A DNA stretch of 64,000 bases from Candidatus Latescibacterota bacterium (GTDB lineage: Bacteria; Latescibacterota; UBA2968; UBA8231), in contig CBDETY010000003.1 of the NCBI GenBank assembly GCA_965243025.1, positions 4,544,001 through 4,608,000 of the forward strand. Direction: 5' to 3'. The notes under the pieces are model-generated. The model searched no databases, had not been told where the DNA came from, and was given only the letters and a program-made list of their open reading frames with translations. The position numbers and the translations under genes were made by a program. Of this stretch, positions 60,426 through 64,000 are shown piece after piece. How positions within the stretch are numbered: position 1 is the stretch's first letter; every line of letters begins with the position of its first letter.

Positions 60426-62948
60426 TCATGGTTTTTCAGTTGTCGGAACCGGCCTTCGCCGGCGCTCGACGACGCCGAGAAGGAGCACGGCCACGAGCGA
60501 AAGCAGGGTTGCCGTCCGCGCCGCCATCACCGCCGGGGAGCGGTAGCGCAGCTCGACGCGGTGCTCCCCCGGCGGCAGGTAGACGGCCTTCCAGACGTAG
60601 CTGGCGCGCAGGAGGGGGACCTCGCCGCCGTCGACGAAGGCGCGCCAGTTCGGGTAGTAGTTCTCCGAGACGACCAGCAGCCGCGGCTCATCCGAGCTGG
60701 TCGAGAGGATTATGCGGCTGCCGTCTCCGGCGCGCTCCTCGACCTCGAGGCGGTCGCCGGAAAGGTCGCTGCCTTCGGCGGCGGCCGGCAGCGGGCCCGG
60801 GGGCTCCTGCTCCAGCACCGGGGTGAGCCGGGGGTCGACGGCGCCTTCCCGCAGCAGCTTCAGGATCTCGTCTTCATCCGTCTCCAGCCTGTACGAGGGA
60901 GCGAGGTAGTACCAGGGCAGGGCCCCGCCGTTCTCGTAGAGGCGGAGCCGCTCCCCGGAGAACACCTCGGGGAACAGGGACGTCTGCAGCAGCTGGGACT
61001 TCGGGGTCACGATCCAGCGGGCGTTGACGAGGTTGAGCAGGGGGCGCATGACCAGCAGCAGGGCGTCGTCGCCGTAGGGGACCTCGCGGCCGCCGAAGCG
61101 GGCCTGGAACATGGACAGGGGGAGGCCGAACTCGCGCGCGAGGCGGTCGTAGCGGCGGATGGTGAAGTCGCTGAAGCCGGTGACCGCGTCGGCGCCGTGG
61201 AGGTGGTGGCCGGGAGAGCGCAGCAACCGGTACGAGGGGATGGGGAAGACGCGGGAGCGCTCGCCGGAGGACTCGATAAACTCGAGCGTGCGGCGGTTCT
61301 CGCGGCGTATGTCCGGCCAGCGGGCGGGATCCTCGTAGACCAGGAAGAGGCGGTCGATGCGCCAGGTGTCGGCCAGGGTCAGGGCGATCAGGCCGGCGCA
61401 TGCCGCCGCGGCCGAGAGCTTGCGGCGCAGCAGGGCCCAGACGAGGGCGGCGGCCCCGGCGCAGACGAGGGCGGCGAGGAGTCCTCCGCCGGCGAGAACG
61501 GGCGCCCCGGAGAGCATGATCCGCCGTTTTGTATCGGAGATCCCGTCGTAGAGGAGGGCGGTCCAGAGCTCCAGGACGGTGTGCGGGACGGCGGCGGCTA
61601 GGGCGGCGATTCCCCCGAGGGCGGCGGCGGCGATCAGCAGCCGCCTGCGGAAGAGCTGTTTCTCCGGTTCTCCGGCGGTGACCGCCTGGTGCAGGCCGAA
61701 GGCGGCGAGCACGATGGCGGGAAAGGCGAACAGGAATGCGGCCATGCCGACCGAGCGCAATACCTTGCCGCCGGGCAGCAGGTGGGCGGCGATCCAGTGC
61801 ACGGGGGTGTGCCCGCCGAGGGTGAAGGCGAGGGCGAGGGCGAACAGCAGGGCCATGAAGGCCACGGCCGGGTTGCGCCGCCACGACCACAGGGCGGGCA
61901 GGGCCAGGAGCAGCACGGCGATGCCGAAGTACTCGGAGTTGTACTTGCCGGGATTGCGGCCCCAGTACTGGTCGCGGTTCTCCTGCGGGTTGTAGAAGCC
62001 GCCGAACTCCGGGACCACCAGCGACCCGACCTCCTCCGGGTGCAGGGACCAGCTGCGCGCCAGGGCAAGGGGGTCGCCGGTTCTTTCGGCGGTGGCGGCC
62101 TCGGCCCGCTTCGACTCGCGGGTGGCGTGCAGGTAGGAGGGGAACAGGCCTTCGGAGCCGATGCCGATGCCGAGAGCGGCGGCGAGGGTGAAGAGCCCGG
62201 TCCTGGCCAGCAGCGCACGCCTGGCCAGGGACTCCCGGTAGAGGAGGTACATATGAAACAGGAAGTAGAGGCCGACGGCGATGAGGGCGTACTGCAGCAT
62301 CTGCACGTGCGGGGTGTAGGCGCCCAGGCCGATCAGCAGGGCGAGCCAGAGGAAAGGCGACGGCTTCCCCTCGCGCATGCCGCGGTGGAGGCAGAGGTAC
62401 ATCCAGGGCAGCATGGCGATGACGGCCATCTTGGCGTAGTGGCCGGCGAAGGTGAAGGAGAGGAAGGTCGGCGCGAACATGAAGGCGACGGCCCCCCACA
62501 GGCAGGGCCAGCGGGCGAGGGAGAGGACGCGCAGGTAGAGGTACATCCCCCAGCCTGCGAAGAAGACGGTGAGCAGGTAGCGCCAGCCGAGGTGGCGCTG
62601 ATGGGTGGTGAACAGCTTCACCAGGCTGGTCGGGAAGAAGTCGCCGCGGATCTCTTCGGAAGCGGGGAATCCCCCGAGCTTCTCGTCCCAGGCGCCGGGG
62701 CCGTAGTTGGCGAGCTTCTCGGCGAACGGCTCCTTGCCGCGGTGGAAATCGGTGCCGGTGTCGCTTCCGTAGATGACCTTGCCGCTTAAGGGGAAGTCGT
62801 AGAAATAGAGAAGGGTCAGCAGGCCGAGGATGACGGGAACGGCCCAGGGAGAGGAGAGGCGGAAGCGGAACCTGTCCGCTTCGGGGGCCTGGACCGGGAC
62901 GGGGCGCGGTTCCGGGGACCCGGTGGCCCTGCGCTTCTTCCTACTCAT
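60426..62948 (-). CDS. YfhO-family (GT-C fold) membrane glycosyltransferase
   Basis: Many TM helices; C-terminal LVVSENYYPNWRAFVDG.EVP..RA......AVYLPPGEHRVELRY is the YfhO signature. Confidence 0.85.
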   Translation of the reverse strand: MSRKKRRATGSPEPRPVPVQAPEADRFRFRLSSPWAVPVILGLLTLLYFYDFPLSGKVIYGSDTGTDFHRGKEPFAEKLANYGPGAWDEKLGGFPASEEIRGDFFPTSLVKLFTTHQRHLGWRYLLTVFFAGWGMYLYLRVLSLARWPCLWGAVAFMFAPTFLSFTFAGHYAKMAVIAMLPWMYLCLHRGMREGKPSPFLWLALLIGLGAYTPHVQMLQYALIAVGLYFLFHMYLLYRESLARRALLARTGLFTLAAALGIGIGSEGLFPSYLHATRESKRAEAATAERTGDPLALARSWSLHPEEVGSLVVPEFGGFYNPQENRDQYWGRNPGKYNSEYFGIAVLLLALPALWSWRRNPAVAFMALLFALALAFTLGGHTPVHWIAAHLLPGGKVLRSVGMAAFLFAFPAIVLAAFGLHQAVTAGEPEKQLFRRRLLIAAAALGGIAALAAAVPHTVLELWTALLYDGISDTKRRIMLSGAPVLAGGGLLAALVCAGAAALVWALLRRKLSAAAACAGLIALTLADTWRIDRLFLVYEDPARWPDIRRENRRTLEFIESSGERSRVFPIPSYRLLRSPGHHLHGADAVTGFSDFTIRRYDRLAREFGLPLSMFQARFGGREVPYGDDALLLVMRPLLNLVNARWIVTPKSQLLQTSLFPEVFSGERLRLYENGGALPWYYLAPSYRLETDEDEILKLLREGAVDPRLTPVLEQEPPGPLPAAAEGSDLSGDRLEVEERAGDGSRIILSTSSDEPRLLVVSENYYPNWRAFVDGGEVPLLRASYVWKAVYLPPGEHRVELRYRSPAVMAARTATLLSLVAVLLLGVVERRRRPVPTTEKP

Positions 62949-63999
62949 GGGGCAGCTCCGCGGGTTTGTCCGCGGTCGGCGCGCCGGGGGCCTCCTGCCC
63001 GTGGGATCCCGCTTCCCCTGAGCCCCTGCTCCGGGCGGCATCCGCGGCGGCGATCAGCACTTCCTCCTGGCGGCGGGCGAGCTCGTCCCAGCCGAAGCGG
63101 CGGGCGTGCTCCCGCCCCTGTTCGCCCAAGGACCGGCGCAGCCCCGGGTCGTCGAGGAGCCGGCGCATGGCCGCGGCCAGGGCTTCGCCGTTGCCGCCGG
63201 GCACCAGCAGGCCGGTGACGTTGTCGAGGACGGCGTCGCGCAGGCCGTCGATGTCGGCAGCGACCACCGCCTTGCCGCTGGCACCGGCCTCGACCGCGGT
63301 CATGCCCCAGCCCTCGTAGCGGGAGGGCATGCAGAAGAACAGGGAGGCCGCCAGCAGCTGGCGCTTGTCTGTTTCCGACACCCGTCCGAGCAGCTCCACC
63401 CGGGGGCCGAGGCCGGTTCTGGCAACCAGCTTCTCGAGGCGCCGCACCTGAGACTTCTCGCCTCCCCCGGCGATCTTCAGCACCAGGCCGGGGCGCTCCG
63501 GGGCGACGCGGGCGAACGCCTCCAGCAGGGTGTCGATCCCCTTGGTGTGGATATCGATCCGCCCGAGGTAGAGGAGATACGGCTCTTCGGTGGCGGAGCT
63601 CGAGAAATAACCGTCGTCGACGCCGTTGCAGACGCAGTCGACGGGCACGGCCCGCCCGACCTGCCGGCGCACCCGTTCCTGCAAGCTCGGGGAGACGGTG
63701 AGAATGCGGGGGTAGGCGTGCAGCACGCGGCGCTCCGCCAGCAGGGCCGCCCACCCGGCCAGGGGGCGCTTGAGGATCGCGTGGCGGCCCATGAAGTGCT
63801 GGAAGAACAGCAGCCCGCGGCGGCGCACCGGCGCCGGCACCCGCAGGGGGGCGTAGGCGGAGAACTCGTTGACCCAGACGTCCCACTGCAGGCGCCGGAG
63901 GGCGGCGACGGCGCGGTTTGCGTAAGTGAGGCGGCTGATCGCGTAGCTGCGGGGCGAGCCGACCCGCAGCAGGCGCAGGCCGTCGACCTGCCGGACGGG
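62941..63999 (-). CDS. GT4 (GT-B) glycosyltransferase, 5'-partial
   Basis: YLGR...KG.D.LLEA, PSRYEGWGMTAVEA, GLRDAV.D..TGLLV; frame open to the window end; overlaps the yfhO-like start. Confidence 0.9.
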   Translation of the reverse strand, partial: PVRQVDGLRLLRVGSPRSYAISRLTYANRAVAALRRLQWDVWVNEFSAYAPLRVPAPVRRRGLLFFQHFMGRHAILKRPLAGWAALLAERRVLHAYPRILTVSPSLQERVRRQVGRAVPVDCVCNGVDDGYFSSSATEEPYLLYLGRIDIHTKGIDTLLEAFARVAPERPGLVLKIAGGGEKSQVRRLEKLVARTGLGPRVELLGRVSETDKRQLLAASLFFCMPSRYEGWGMTAVEAGASGKAVVAADIDGLRDAVLDNVTGLLVPGGNGEALAAAMRRLLDDPGLRRSLGEQGREHARRFGWDELARRQEEVLIAAADAARSRGSGEAGSHGQEAPGAPTADKPAELPHE

Positions 64000-64000
64000 C

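Overview
High-GC chromosomal window from a diderm (outer-membrane) bacterium. FlgD-Ig/'FPNPFNP'-tailed exported proteins with dockerin-like EF-hands, an mcsA-mcsB-clpC-bamA-skp cluster and several PhyH paralogues suggest an FCB-group lineage such as Ca. Latescibacterota; this is inferred from gene content, not from a marker-gene placement. The left part (1-16 kb) is accessory: an ABC sugar-binding protein, a vapBC module, an orphan XRE antitoxin with a truncated toxin, two TonB-dependent receptors (one behind a TPP riboswitch, followed by thiN) and sugar-acid catabolic genes. The middle holds housekeeping genes: ddl, htpG, proA, rnd, rpsU, pyrB, fabZ, skp, bamA, clpC/mcsB/mcsA, lolD, lolC/E, frameshifted prfB, lolA, ftsK, tsaD, moaE/moaD. 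The right end is the best candidate for an undescribed system: a GT4 and a YfhO-type GT-C glycosyltransferase upstream of two large acidic surface proteins with cohesin-like modules and FlgD-type tails, the larger also carrying a dockerin-like module, tandem sigma70 promoters and many D-(S/T)-hydrophobic glycosylation sequons. Also notable: two PhyH-like enzymes lacking the HxD/E carboxylate (halogenase-like), a probable ATC start codon, an RGG-tailed bS21, an unannotated 37-aa basic protein, and no lpxD/lpxA at the skp-fabZ locus. No rRNA, tRNA, CRISPR array or transposase was recognised. All calls are by eye; no database searches were run.
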